Origin: Spizellomyces punctatus DAOM BR117
Lineage: Eukaryota
DNA: 64,000 nucleotides
Direction: 5' to 3' (one strand)
Assembly: GCA_000182565.2 (NCBI GenBank)
Contig: KQ257460.1
The notes under the pieces were generated by a model. It was not told the origin of the DNA and searched no databases. It saw only the letters and a program-made list of their open reading frames with translations. Both the position numbers and the translations under genes were made by a program. Positions 1 to 11,213 of the stretch are shown piece after piece (positions within the stretch are counted from its first letter, which is position 1; every line of letters starts with the position of its first letter).

Positions 1-88
1 TGGTAGAGTCTTTGACGCTGATGAGTGGCCGAGCGGGGAGAGCTTTCAATAGGGTAGATACGGGTGTCGTCTGTATGAATTCAGACAT
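1..88 (-). CDS. Possible 5' end of a gene running off the window edge
   Basis: ATG at 88 opens a frame (MSEFIQTTPVSTPIESSPRSATHQRQRLY...) that stays open to base 1; divergent to the STIL-like gene; no recognisable motif. Confidence 0.25.
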   Translation of the reverse strand, partial: MSEFIQTTPVSTLLKALPARPLISVKDST

Positions 89-375
89 GCTGATGGACGT
101 TCTTTTGGGTAGAAAGACTAGAGTTGCTTAAAACCTTTATTAATCTTGAACAGTGCCAGATAAAAAGGGATGGCGGACAAGGCTTTTCCCTTTTGAAATC
201 ATCTGGTCTGGTCGCGTCACTCGTTGAGGATTTCACACCTTTTTGTTGAGGGGGTTTGCGTGCGCGTTTGGCGGTGCTTGCGAGATATCTGTTTTTTTTT
301 ACACATTCCGATAGCAAAAACCTTTTTTGACGGAAAGTATATCGGGAGGGTAAGAGTATATTCCGCAACAAACAT

Positions 376-1337
376 GCACCACAAAGAATACACCCGGCAT
401 TCCACAACCTCCCACCACACAACACCATCCAATACATCCCTCTCATACTCGCATTCCCATCCCCTCCTATCACTCCAAATTGACCCAACATACATCTCGG
501 ACGCCTCAATGCCATCCACGATCCTCCCAGAAGATATCATGGTGGGCGTGGATGCTCCCCCGGAGGGTACATACGCGCCATTCTTCTCCCCCGAAAAAAG
601 TGAACCCACTAGATCATTCCGACAGAGTGTAACGAGTGTCGCGAGTTGTCCCAGTACGATGCACTGGAGTGATACGAGTGACTGTGAGGAGGATTTGGAG
701 GTGTTGATGAGGAGGGTTGAGGAAGCTTTAGGAGGCCAAGAAGATGCTGAGGCGAGTTTGTTGTTGAAGGTTCAACAGGTGTTGAGTTTTAGTGATGAGA
801 GTCGACGTGATGGATTGGGGGATGAGGGTTTGGATATACCCAATATGGATCTTTTACCGAATGATACGTACCTATCACCGGCATCCAATACCGTTCATTC
901 TGAGAGTCAATCCAACGTGAAGACGACTCGCTCAGCACTCGACAGCCAGCACCACAACCGTTGAAGAATACCAATCCCCCCTCAGTCCAAACCGCCCCAA
1001 CAACACATATCAAGTCCCAAAAATCGAATACGAATCCTTTATGGCTGACGACGATACCATTGTCGAGGTACCACCACATCACAACTCTATACCCTTTACT
1101 CATACTAATAATGTTAAAACACAGAGAGCACTTGCACCCCTCTTTGCTAAATACGCCCCCTCTCTCATCCCACTACGCTCAGAAGACACCACAAGCGTAT
1201 CCACGACATCCACCTATGGGGATCTATCGATGGCGAGTTTGGAGTATTTGAGACGGTATGGGTTAGGAGAACAGAGTCGGGTGTTGGATGTTGAGAGGAT
1301 TCGGAGGTTACCGAAATTGGGTATGCCGGGTATGTGA
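376..1337 (+). CDS. STIL/Ana2/SAS-5-like centriole assembly protein (putative; 2 exons, start uncertain)
   Basis: C-terminus has VPKIEYES...LFAKY...GDLSMASLEYLRRYGL (STAN-like) and VLDVERIRRLPKL (TIM-like), with a helical segment EEDLEVLMRRVEEAL upstream. ORFs 224-964 and 1041-1337 join in frame through a GT-AG intron 868-949. Confidence 0.6.
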
Positions 1338-2279
1338 ATGGGGTGTTTGGTGGTTTTGTATTGTATATTCTTTTCTTTTTTTTATTGAAAGTGTAATTTG
1401 TGATGGGTTCTGGTGGATGGGTTAGATTTGTAAGGACATTGTTATCGTACATACATCAATAGATGGTATGTATTTCTTCAAGAAACATCCACCTTATGTT
1501 AAGCTCCCTGTCTGCATACTACATACAGGGTCGTGTGCAAGTGTGTGCGTGCAGGAAAATGTGTGGGACTTGTGCTTTGGGCGACATTTGAAATCACATC
1601 TATTGACACTCTTACAGTTTCCTGTTCAATATAGAGTAATTTTACTATCCAATTGGTGCCTAGACGAAACTACGTCTTGACAAAAGCGATATCTGGCCTG
1701 GTGCAGACGGCGAGTACACATAAAGCTTCCAACGGTAGATTTGAATCAAGCAGAGTGGCTACCGTCAAGTGGTATGTCAGTTTTGGAGAGATGGATGGAG
1801 ATGTCCATTGGGGTCCGTTTTAAGAATGGATGTGAAAACCGTTCTTGTTGATTTTGAGGCCAATGGAGTAGGCGGCAAGGCCATTATCAGTCATTTTGAA
1901 ATTCTTGGAGTATGGTGATTGTGACGGGTCCGATGGCAGGAGATGGTCCAGCGTTCGGAGGTCATTGACAAACAACAGCAATCAAGATTCCATTGGTTTC
2001 GTTCGTAATATGTGCAGTCATCTGCCGTGATTTGTGCGAAATTGTGGTTTTGGATCGTTTTTTGGGGCCAGATGAGGAGATTTGTCGCGGAGGAGGGACG
2101 GAAGATGCATGCAACTGAGAGTAGTTTCTCGCCTACGAAGAAGTGCCTGCACAATTGCGCATCAATGAAACTGATGAGTCTTTCTTTGAGAAATACATCA
2201 AACTTTGATGCCCCGCCAATCCTAGCCCTGCTAATCCATCAACCAGCTTTAAAAACTTCTGACCTTTACAGAAACCTAA

Positions 2280-3480
2280 AATTCGGTTCTGCCGCCAAAT
2301 GTGACGTATATGCCGCGGAATGGAGAAAAGTCCACCCTCGCCGAGTTTCGCGGAAGACGGCAAAACTAGTCGATCAAGAAAAGTTCCTAGGCAGAAAACT
2401 CATCTCCTGCTGCATGGTATATAAAGTCAAACGAGCTGCCGACAACTCGATTCAATGCCACAAAGCCCGAGTTGTCTTTTGTGGACTTTTGTAGAAAGAC
2501 GACATTGACTATGATGGAATGTGCCAGTGTGATGAATCCTTTTTTTGCATATGCAGTCAGCAGAGGTTTTCACGTTTTATCTACTTGACGATCGCCATTT
2601 CTGGACTTGGAGCTGAATGAAAAGAATGTTTACAGTACCAGACGCCTATGGCAAAACCTTTTTCAACCCTAACTGCAAAAGGGGGAGATGCTCCTGCAGA
2701 AAAGCTCTTTACGGCCTCCCGGTATTGGAACAACAACCTTTACAAAACGCTCTTTGGTAGAAAAAGATTCAAAATTACAATTTGAGAGGAATCATGGCAG
2801 ACGACTTGCCTATCGAAGAAAAAAAGTACTGAAATCATGATTGCCGTAGTTGTAGATGATCTTCATTGCTCGCCCCGCCTGTTGCCATCGGACGTATCAA
2901 AGCTACGCTTTTTTCAAGAACTCAAAATAACTGATGATGGCATTGCTGACTACTACATCGCCCTCGAAATCATCAACAAAACATTGTTTTTTACATCCAG
3001 CAAAACTGGATATTGACAATCTCGCAAAAAACGCTCGTTTGAGGGATTCAAAAGTCGCGCATCATGGGACATCTCGACACAATACTTTAAAAAACAGAAC
3101 TTGCTGACACTTGACGCTTAAACGTTTCTGCTTGGTTTCAAACCTATCGGCAAGCTTCATATGGTTTGCAAAACCCGATATCGCATTCATTATCCTAGCT
3201 CGCTTACGTGTCTTGCCCCACTGAGAAACATTCTGACAATGCTATACTCTTTCTACGCTACCTCAAAGTCACAAGAAGACTTGGATTGCACTACCCCACG
3301 ACTGGCGGATGGGTATTATAGTTTTTCTGGATTCCGACTATGCTACTGATGTCGATACTCGCCAATACCCGTTTCCTCACTTGTGAAAAACCGCTATTTC
3401 CTGGTCTTTTAGTCAACAACGCACCATCGTCTTATCCATCATAGTAGTTGAATATATGAATGTGACTACCCCTGCCCAAA
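2280..3480 (+). mobile_element. Decayed Ty1/copia LTR-retrotransposon pol remnant (RT/RNase H)
   Basis: CMVYKVKRAADNSIQCHKARVVFCG (~2410-2485) matches copia RT W-V-Y-K-x-K...KARLVA. AISWS.SQQRTIVLS..VVEY (~3394-3456) matches copia RNase H. Many stops and frameshifts; may extend to a DGEY integrase-like bit near 1705; no LTRs seen. Confidence 0.75.
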
Positions 3481-4603
3481 AAGACCATTCATGTCTAGTT
3501 CACTTTCCCAAAAGTATACGTGAACACTCCCAATCTATCCTCACGTGACCAATACCGATAGCAAAGGCGTGGGGGCAAAAACGTAACACGTCACCAGGAT
3601 GCATGGTTTGTGATGGTTCTTATTCATTGCGCATCCACTTTGCGCATTCTACGAACAAATACGGTCCGACACATGTCTACACAGCCCTCACCAACGATCC
3701 AGCATTTAAAAGATGAGATATCGTACACGCGGTATCTTTCTATATGGAATCGCATAGTGCGGTACCCCGATAACCGTATAATAGAATGGTAAAAATAGTG
3801 ATCTGTAGTGGATGGCGTGATTGGGTATTGATGTGGATGTAGGGATGTAGTTGGACATGATGTTCCTAATCCGTGTTTTTCGGTGACGTTTCCTTTTGAT
3901 ACGATAAATGTAAGTTGCATGACAAATGGCAACTTAGAATGTAATGTTCATTTTGGGGGTTTTGTTTAGAAAACGACCACAATGGTATGTGAATATGCAC
4001 AAGGGCCACATGAACGAATGTATAGTTTTGCTGCGGGGGGTTATGATAAATCCAAACATGCCACGTACGTAAAACCCCAAAAAGAGAGTTGAATTGGCAA
4101 GTTTTAAATGTTTAATGGGTTTGTTTTTTAGGATATTGGATACCGCTCAACAGGAATTATCAGAGGAAGCGAGATTAACGGGTGGGAAATGGGTTTGGTT
4201 GTTGGAAAAGGAGCATGAAGGGATTAGTGAGGTAAAAGAGACGAAATGTTTTGAGTAATGTTGAGGGAGGATTGACATGTTTTATATTGTAGTTGAAGTG
4301 GTCACGAAATCGGTTTATGCCGTTTTTGGTGTTGGATCCCGTTGTGGATAACCAACCTCTTTCACGAGACGCCGAAGGTAAACCCCCCCCCCCCCCCCCC
4401 CCCAAAAAAAAACCCTCATAAGTTTGAAAATATTAATAATTTTTTTTTTTTTTGGAGACGATTGGCAACATTCAGAATCGGTTGACACCCCCAACAAATG
4501 ACCGTATTGCCCAAGGCCAAGTGCTGGTACTGACGGTTCACTACCTATGGAGGACGGTGGTGGGGTTATAAGAAGGAAGATTGTTGGAAAACACTTAAAA
4601 AAG

Positions 4604-5359
4604 NNNNNNNNNNNNNNNNNNNNNNNNNNNNNNNNNNNNNNNNNNNNNNNNNNNNNNNNNNNNNNNNNNNNNNNNNNNNNNNNNNNNNNNNNNNNNNNNN
4701 NNNNNNNNNNNNNNNNNNNNNNNNNNNNNNNNNNNNNNNNNNNNNNNNNNNNNNNNNNNNNNNNNNNNNNNNNNNNNNNNNNNNNNNNNNNNNNNNNNNN
4801 NNNNNNNNNNNNNNNNNNNNNNNNNNNNNNNNNNNNNNNNNNNNNNNNNNNNNNNNNNNNNNNNNNNNNNNNNNNNNNNNNNNNNNNNNNNNNNNNNNNN
4901 NNNNNNNNNNNNNNNNNNNNNNNNNNNNNNNNNNNNNNNNNNNNNNNNNNNNNNNNNNNNNNNNNNNNNNNNNNNNNNNNNNNNNNNNNNNNNNNNNNNN
5001 NNNNNNNNNNNNNNNNNNNNNNNNNNNNNNNNNNNNNNNNNNNNNNNNNNNNNNNNNNNNNNNNNNNNNNNNNNNNNNNNNNNNNNNNNNNNNNNNNNNN
5101 NNNNNNNNNNNNNNNNNNNNNNNNNNNNNNNNNNNNNNNNNNNNNNNNNNNNNNNNNNNNNNNNNNNNNNNNNNNNNNNNNNNNNNNNNNNNNNNNNNNN
5201 NNNNNNNNNNNNNNNNNNNNNNNNNNNNNNNNNNNNNNNNNNNNNNNNNNNNNNNNNNNNNNNNNNNNNNNNNNNNNNNNNNNNNNNNNNNNNNNNNNNN
5301 NNNNNNNNNNNNNNNNNNNNNNNNNNNNNNNNNNNNNNNNNNNNNNNNNNNNNNNNNNN
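4604..5359. other. Assembly gap (N run)
   Basis: Continuous N bases. Confidence 1.
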
Positions 5360-5634
5360 CAATTATCCAAAAAAACATAATCTACACAAAATGTACAAAC
5401 GACATCTCCCAAATGTACAACAAAAACTAAAATCGCATTCTTTTAACCCTATCCTCTTTTTTGTTATTTTCTCGTTTACTTTTTCTCTTCTAAGTTGTTT
5501 TGTTTGGAAGGAGGGGGAACCTGCCCCCAATTCCAAAAACAAAAAAAGCGCCGTATATAAATCTTTCCCCTTTTGTTTTTAACTCGACAGTGAACAATGT
5601 TTTTGTTTAGACGGGGATTGAACCAGGGAAGACA

Positions 5635-6935
5635 TCAATTCCCGTTTCCTCCGTTTCCGTTTCCGTTAATGTTTACGTTTCCGTTTGAGGATCCTGAACT
5701 GAGGATGGTGATTCCGTCTCGGTTTCGGTCATTGTTGTTATTGTTGCTGTTGCGGTTGTTATTGTTGCCGCCGCTAAGGTCAATGACGCGGTTGGGGAGG
5801 TTATCGTTGATGAAAATGTTGTTGTTGTTGTTGTTCCGGTTACGGTCGTTGTTGTTGTTGTTGTTACGGTTACGGTCGTTGTTGTTGTTGTTGTTGTTGT
5901 TCCGGTTACGGTCATTGTTGTTGTTACGGTTACGGTCGTTCCTGTTACGGTTGTTGTTATTGTCGAAAATGTCGCCTAGGTCGATAATGATTACGTTGTC
6001 GTTGTTGTTGTTGCGGTTACGGTCGTTTAGCGTTACGGTCATTGTTGCGAAAGTCGCTCATTGTTGCGAAAGTCGCTGGTTGTTGTGTTTTGGGTTTCGG
6101 TGGTGTTGAGGTTTACGTTCAGGTTCAGGTCAGTGCTGTTGTCCTGTCGTTTTCGGATCTGTTGGGTATTGTTACGCCCATTGTTGTTGTTGCCGTTCCG
6201 GTTGTTGTTGTTGGCGTTGTTGGTGTTGTTAGCGTTGTTGTTACCGTTGTTCTCGTTGTTATTTCCATTACGGTTGTTGTTGTTACCATTGTTCTCGTTG
6301 TTATTTCCATTACGGTTGTTGTTGTTACCGTTGTTCTCGTTGTTATTGCCATTACGGTTGTTGTTGTTGTGGTTACCGTTGTTATTGCGGTTGTTGTTGT
6401 TACGGTTACGGTTGTTGTTGTTCACATCACCAAAGATGATGACACCAATGTTGTTGCCGTTTCTGGTAATCTGGTCAATAACGTCACGTAGCTCGTTCTG
6501 GTTGTTGCCAACATTGATGAAAATGTCATCGTTGTTGTTGTTCCGGTTATTATTGTTGTTGTTCCGGTTGTTGTTGTTGTTGTTGTTGTTGTTCCGGTTG
6601 TTGTCGTTGATGTTGTTATTTCTGACATTGGTATTCCGGTTGTTGTTGTTTCCGTTATTGTTGTTGCGATTGCCATTGTTGCCGTTTTCGCCAATGACAA
6701 GTTCAGCCACCTCTGGGGCGACGACCTGCCTCCTTGTCACCTTTGGTGGAGCAAATGTTTTTGCAATCTGGACGACGTTGGCAGTATAGACCGGAGGGAC
6801 TTGACCAGAAGCTTGCCTCGGTGGAAAACTGACAGCGCGTGTGCCATCGCGAGCCTCCAATTGAACGGGAACTGCAGATACGACGGACGTGCTTGCCAAA
6901 CAGAGGCACATCCATGCCACCAAAGACGACTTCAT
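5635..6935 (-). CDS. Secreted Asn-rich low-complexity protein (frame broken near 6030-6077)
   Basis: Signal peptide MKSSLVAWMCLCLASTSVVSAVP at ATG 6935, long poly-Asn/NR repeats and dibasic sites RR|Q and KR|Q. The same composition continues in ORF 5635-6042 after a frame break. Confidence 0.7.
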
Positions 6936-7589
6936 TGTTGTTGTGGTTGTGGGTGGTTCTTGTGTGGTTGGATGGTGTTGTGTATAGTGATGCGTAGGGA
7001 AAAAAAATAAAAGTGCCAAGCACAAGATGCTACAATGGAATAAGTTGCTTTTCAAGAAGCAAAAGAAAGCCTGCAAATAACGGGGAAGTCGCTCGTTGCC
7101 TCTCTGAATTTATATCCCAAAAAGCTTAAAAAAAAAAGAAACGGGGCGAAAGAATAAGGCCGTTGCATCACGATCAAACTACCCTTTGAAATCTCTGAAA
7201 TTGTAACAAGTTAAAGAGGTGTGTGTCAAATAAAAAAGACCCTTGTGTATGAAATGTATGTATTATATATCGGTGCTATATAAAGCGGGAGAGTGTGAAA
7301 TGGAACACCTCCCTAGTAAAATGTTTTAGAATGATTAAAACACGCGGTATAAACCATGTGTTGATTGGATTTGACATGAAATGAAACTCTAGGGTCTCTC
7401 TTTTGCAGAGTGAAATAATATGGGTTGAAATGAGGAACCCTGTGTTTTAAAAGTATTTGAAGCGAGAGGGGGTGATTACTCTGGCACAGCCAACAAAAAG
7501 AGAGAGATGGAGAGAAACGAAATGAGGGTGATGAAATGAGGGGTATGAAATGAAAAAGGCCATGCTGAGCAAAAGTGGTTAAAAATCCA

Positions 7590-8335
7590 ATAGAGAGAGA
7601 GAGAGAGATTGAGAGTAAAAGAGTATATATAAAAGTGAAGAGTATAAAAGTATGAAATTTAGTAGCAGAGTGTGAGTATAAGTTGATGAATATACACGTG
7701 TGTGTAGTGTGAAAGTGAGTATTGAATGTATGGACATGACCACAAGAGTTCATAAAAGAGAGAGAGAGAGAGAGAGAGAGAAAGAAGAGAGATGGAAATA
7801 GACAAAAACAGAAGCGTTACTCTCTGTCTCTCTCTCGCTCTCGCTCTTTTAATGTGTTCTGTGTGTGTTGTGTGTTGTGAGAGAGAGAGATGAATTACAA
7901 GACTTTTTTACTCAAAGAGTCTCTCTCTCTCTCTCCTATGTGTGTGTGTGTGTGTGTGCGCTTTCTCTCTCTCTCTCTCTCTCTTATTCTATATCTGTAT
8001 CGCTCATTGCCACATTCAAAACGAGTGGCTTTCCCATTTAGAACTTTCCTCATCACATGACATTTATTACTCATCTTCCTCTCTCCTCTCTTCTGTTCTT
8101 GCTTCTCTGTTCTTCCCCATTAGCTTTCTCTGTTTTTGGCTGTGCAAAAGCGTTTTACTCAACTGCATCATATATACACACACACACATATATATATATG
8201 TATTGGAAATTGGCGTGGCCTCGTATTTGAAAACTTGCTCTTTTTGATTGTGTGTTTTCCCCCGGCTTTGCACTCTACCACGCTTTTTTCGTGTGTTCCA
8301 TCTCGCTCTCTCTCTCTCATAGACACACACACACT
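7590..8335. repeat. Microsatellite cluster (GA/TC, GT/CA, TA dinucleotides)
   Basis: (GA)n at ~7592 and ~7757-7780, (TC)n and (TG)n at ~7920-7984, (TA)/(CA)n at ~8170-8200, lying between two divergent genes. Confidence 0.9.
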
Positions 8336-8346
8336 CCCCTCTCTAT

Positions 8347-9777
8347 ATGAAGACTCGCTTACTACTCGCACTCGGATGCATTCTCTTGCACTCGGCATTG
8401 GCACAATTCCCAGACCCCTCCATCGAGTACGGCTATGCCCTCATTTACAACTCTCAGCCACTCACCCACGACACCCTGGGCGCGACAAGCAATAGTCAAA
8501 AGAACTCGCCCCTCGTTATTGGCATCTTTTCAAATGCCCCTGCAGTAAAGGGCGATATCGTGCCGTTTGCTGGAATGCCTTTGCCTGGGGACAATGCAGA
8601 GGTATCTTTCGGCTGATTTGTTTTTCCCTTTAAAAAAACGATATTCATGTTTGTATGCTTTGCATTTGTTGAATAGGGCCTGCTGATTCACTATAATGAC
8701 GGATGCACACCCGCCCCAAACATTAGCCTTCCTCTCGATAAGCCAACTAATCGATTTGTCGGGCTCTTGAATGCAACCAGTCCCGTCGCTCCCTGCCCCT
8801 TTCCTCAGCGCATTACAGATACCATCACCCATCTCAAAGCTCACAATGGCGTCGGGCTCGTTGTGTACGGCGACGGAAGGCATCCCGTTATCCGGTCCGC
8901 CATCACCGCTTCTTGGCCCACTGAATTCGCTTTGCCAACCTATTTCATAGACATGGGACTGGGTGGATTCTTGGAAAATTTCATGGGCTCCACCGTCAAT
9001 GGAAGCGAGTTCAAGTTTGGCCCAGATCAGAGCGTGCCGCTAGTGGTTGGCCAGCCCTTTCCCCCCAATTTCCCTCTCCCCGCCCAACAACAGCTGGTCA
9101 ATATCATGGTGAGAATTGCCCTCCGCCGCGGCTCCCAATCCCCCTTTCCCCCTCTCTGGAAATTTGCCCTTGTTTCCCTCGCCATCTTTACCGGTCTGTC
9201 TATCCCTGCCGCCTACTTTTTACGACGCCGCGCCGCGCGGCAACTCCGCGGCCCTCTCCCCGGCCAACCGCCCGCGCCCACCCTCCTTTCAGCCTCCCAC
9301 CTCCAACACCATCCGCTGGTCGTCTTTGGCGACCTCCCTGATGCCGCCACAATAGATCCAACCTGCTCCATTTGCCTGGACGTGTACAGTCCCACGACCA
9401 TGGTCCGCAAACTCGTCCCCTGCGGACACGTCTTTCACCCGTCGTGCGTCGATCGATGGGTCACGGAAGTAGCGGGCGTATGTCCCCTCTGTCGCGTGGA
9501 TCTGGTTGGCAAAGGAGCGGAACAAGTTGTACCCGTGCGGTGGTGGACGCGCGTTTGGCGCAAGCTGACGAGACGCAATGGGACGCCAACTGCCGTGGAT
9601 GTGGAATTGCAGAGCGTCGCTATCCTTCCTACTGCTGGTCCGGGCTCGAATGGAACGGCGATACCCGGGACCGTGAACGACCATGTCGACCATGGTGAAA
9701 ACGCTAATGTGCATGTGGACCATGAACCGACACCCCCACCCCCGGCTGTCACTGCGTTACGGGACCCACCTGTATAA
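8347..9777 (+). CDS. PA-TM-RING (RNF13/GRAIL-type) RING-H2 E3 ubiquitin ligase
   Basis: Signal peptide; PA-like segment (CPFPQRITD...GVGLVVY...LPTYFID); TM helix; RING-H2 CSICLD...CGHVFHPSCVDRW...CPLCR; in-frame phase-0 intron 8602-8676. Confidence 0.88.
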
Positions 9778-11213
9778 TTTATCCCATTTTCTGTGTATAG
9801 AATATTGCTTATGTGTGTGTATGAGTGTACCTAGGAGATTATATATTTTCGAGTGTTGGGACGGGGGATTCTCAAAACGAACATTTTTTTTTTTTTTTTT
9901 TAATAAAAGATGTTGAGAATTGACGTTGGCGTGTGGATGCGGGACGGGATTTGGTGTGTATAGACTTTTGTGAGGGTCTACGGGATGGACAAGGGGCATT
10001 TGCTTTTAAAGGCATTATTGCTTTTTTTCATGTCTCCATCTCATGTCATGAATGTAATAAACGTATTGGGTACACGTCCGTCGTATCCAAAAACAACAAC
10101 ATCTTGAAAACAAGAACATTATTGACGGATTGCATATCCGTGGTTTTGGGGCCACAAGAGTAATAGTGATTTTCCCTTGTGTGAGTTCTTTTTCGGGACG
10201 TGAGAATGTTTCTGAAAAGTGGCAATCCATTTCCGAGTTGTTTTGGAGAGCGATTCGCTCAAAGACAGGCATCAGTGATTCTAATTGAGAGTTCGGAACA
10301 CACTCTCCAAACATTGACCGATGGCGAATAACGTGCGCAAACGGGATCCAAATAAGTAGGCAAAAAAAAAGCTTCAGATAAAAATGACACCATCTCCTTT
10401 GAAGGTAACAAAATCACCCAAACAAAACAAAAGGATTGCGGAACCCGCAACCAATATCGTTTGATTTGGGAACACTTTTGTCAACAGATGACGCGCATGA
10501 CCTAATCATTTTGCACTGGGCCCCGTTTGCGCAGTAACATGACCTTGTCGCCATCATATGGTACATACGTCTTTTGTGTGTCATTTTTTTAACAAGAACA
10601 GAATATAACGTATTATGGATGGAACGGGATTTTACAGTGTTTTTATACAAGTGCATGAACATTATAATAGTGTTTTTGTTCAAAAAAAAAAAAAAAGTAC
10701 ATTTCTTTTTATCGTACTTTCTTATCTGGCAACTCTTGAGTTGCTATCATATCAAATCTCTTATTGGAATTTTGTTTCCGATAGGCGAGGCGGGGGCGGG
10801 TTGTTGTTCTTGTTGGATGATCAGTTCGGACTTTAAGTTCCCTTGAGTTTTTTTTTTTCAACGGGTTTTTGTTTGATTTGTAGTCGCAGCCGGGGCGGGA
10901 AACGCAAAAACATAACGAGATTGGAAAAGGAACTTTAAACGCATACACACTCTCTCTCTCGCACTTGTCAAGTTGAGCGGAAAGAGGACCAAGTTTTTGA
11001 TTTTTTGGGAGGTTTCTTTTTTGGATATACGCTACTCTCCACACACACCTTTTTTTCTTTCACCCGCCCGCATATCCGTTTGTTGAAAGAACTGGACGGC
11101 AAACGATTTGTTATAGAGGAGGAGTCTCGACGCTCGTTTCGCGCTTCCGCGATTGGCTGAACGTTTTTCACTTTGGCCTCTCCACCTTTACGTTTTCTTT
11201 ATATGTTTCCATC

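Noticed and set aside
4381..4453. Poly-C, poly-A and poly-T runs suggesting a telomere or G-quadruplex
   Set aside because: No telomeric repeat unit; close to a gap, so probably low-quality contig-end sequence
4315..5412. Long ORFs spanning 4.3-5.4 kb
   Set aside because: Made almost entirely of N gap bases
5635..6700. Repeats resembling a CRISPR array
   Set aside because: Coding trinucleotide repeats with no unique spacers; eukaryotic context and no cas genes
5597..6789. Leu-rich and Val-rich plus-strand ORFs
   Set aside because: Antisense shadows of the (AAC)n Asn-rich gene
9900..11100. Several 60-110-aa ORFs
   Set aside because: Homopolymer-rich intergenic DNA with no motifs or consistent splice structure
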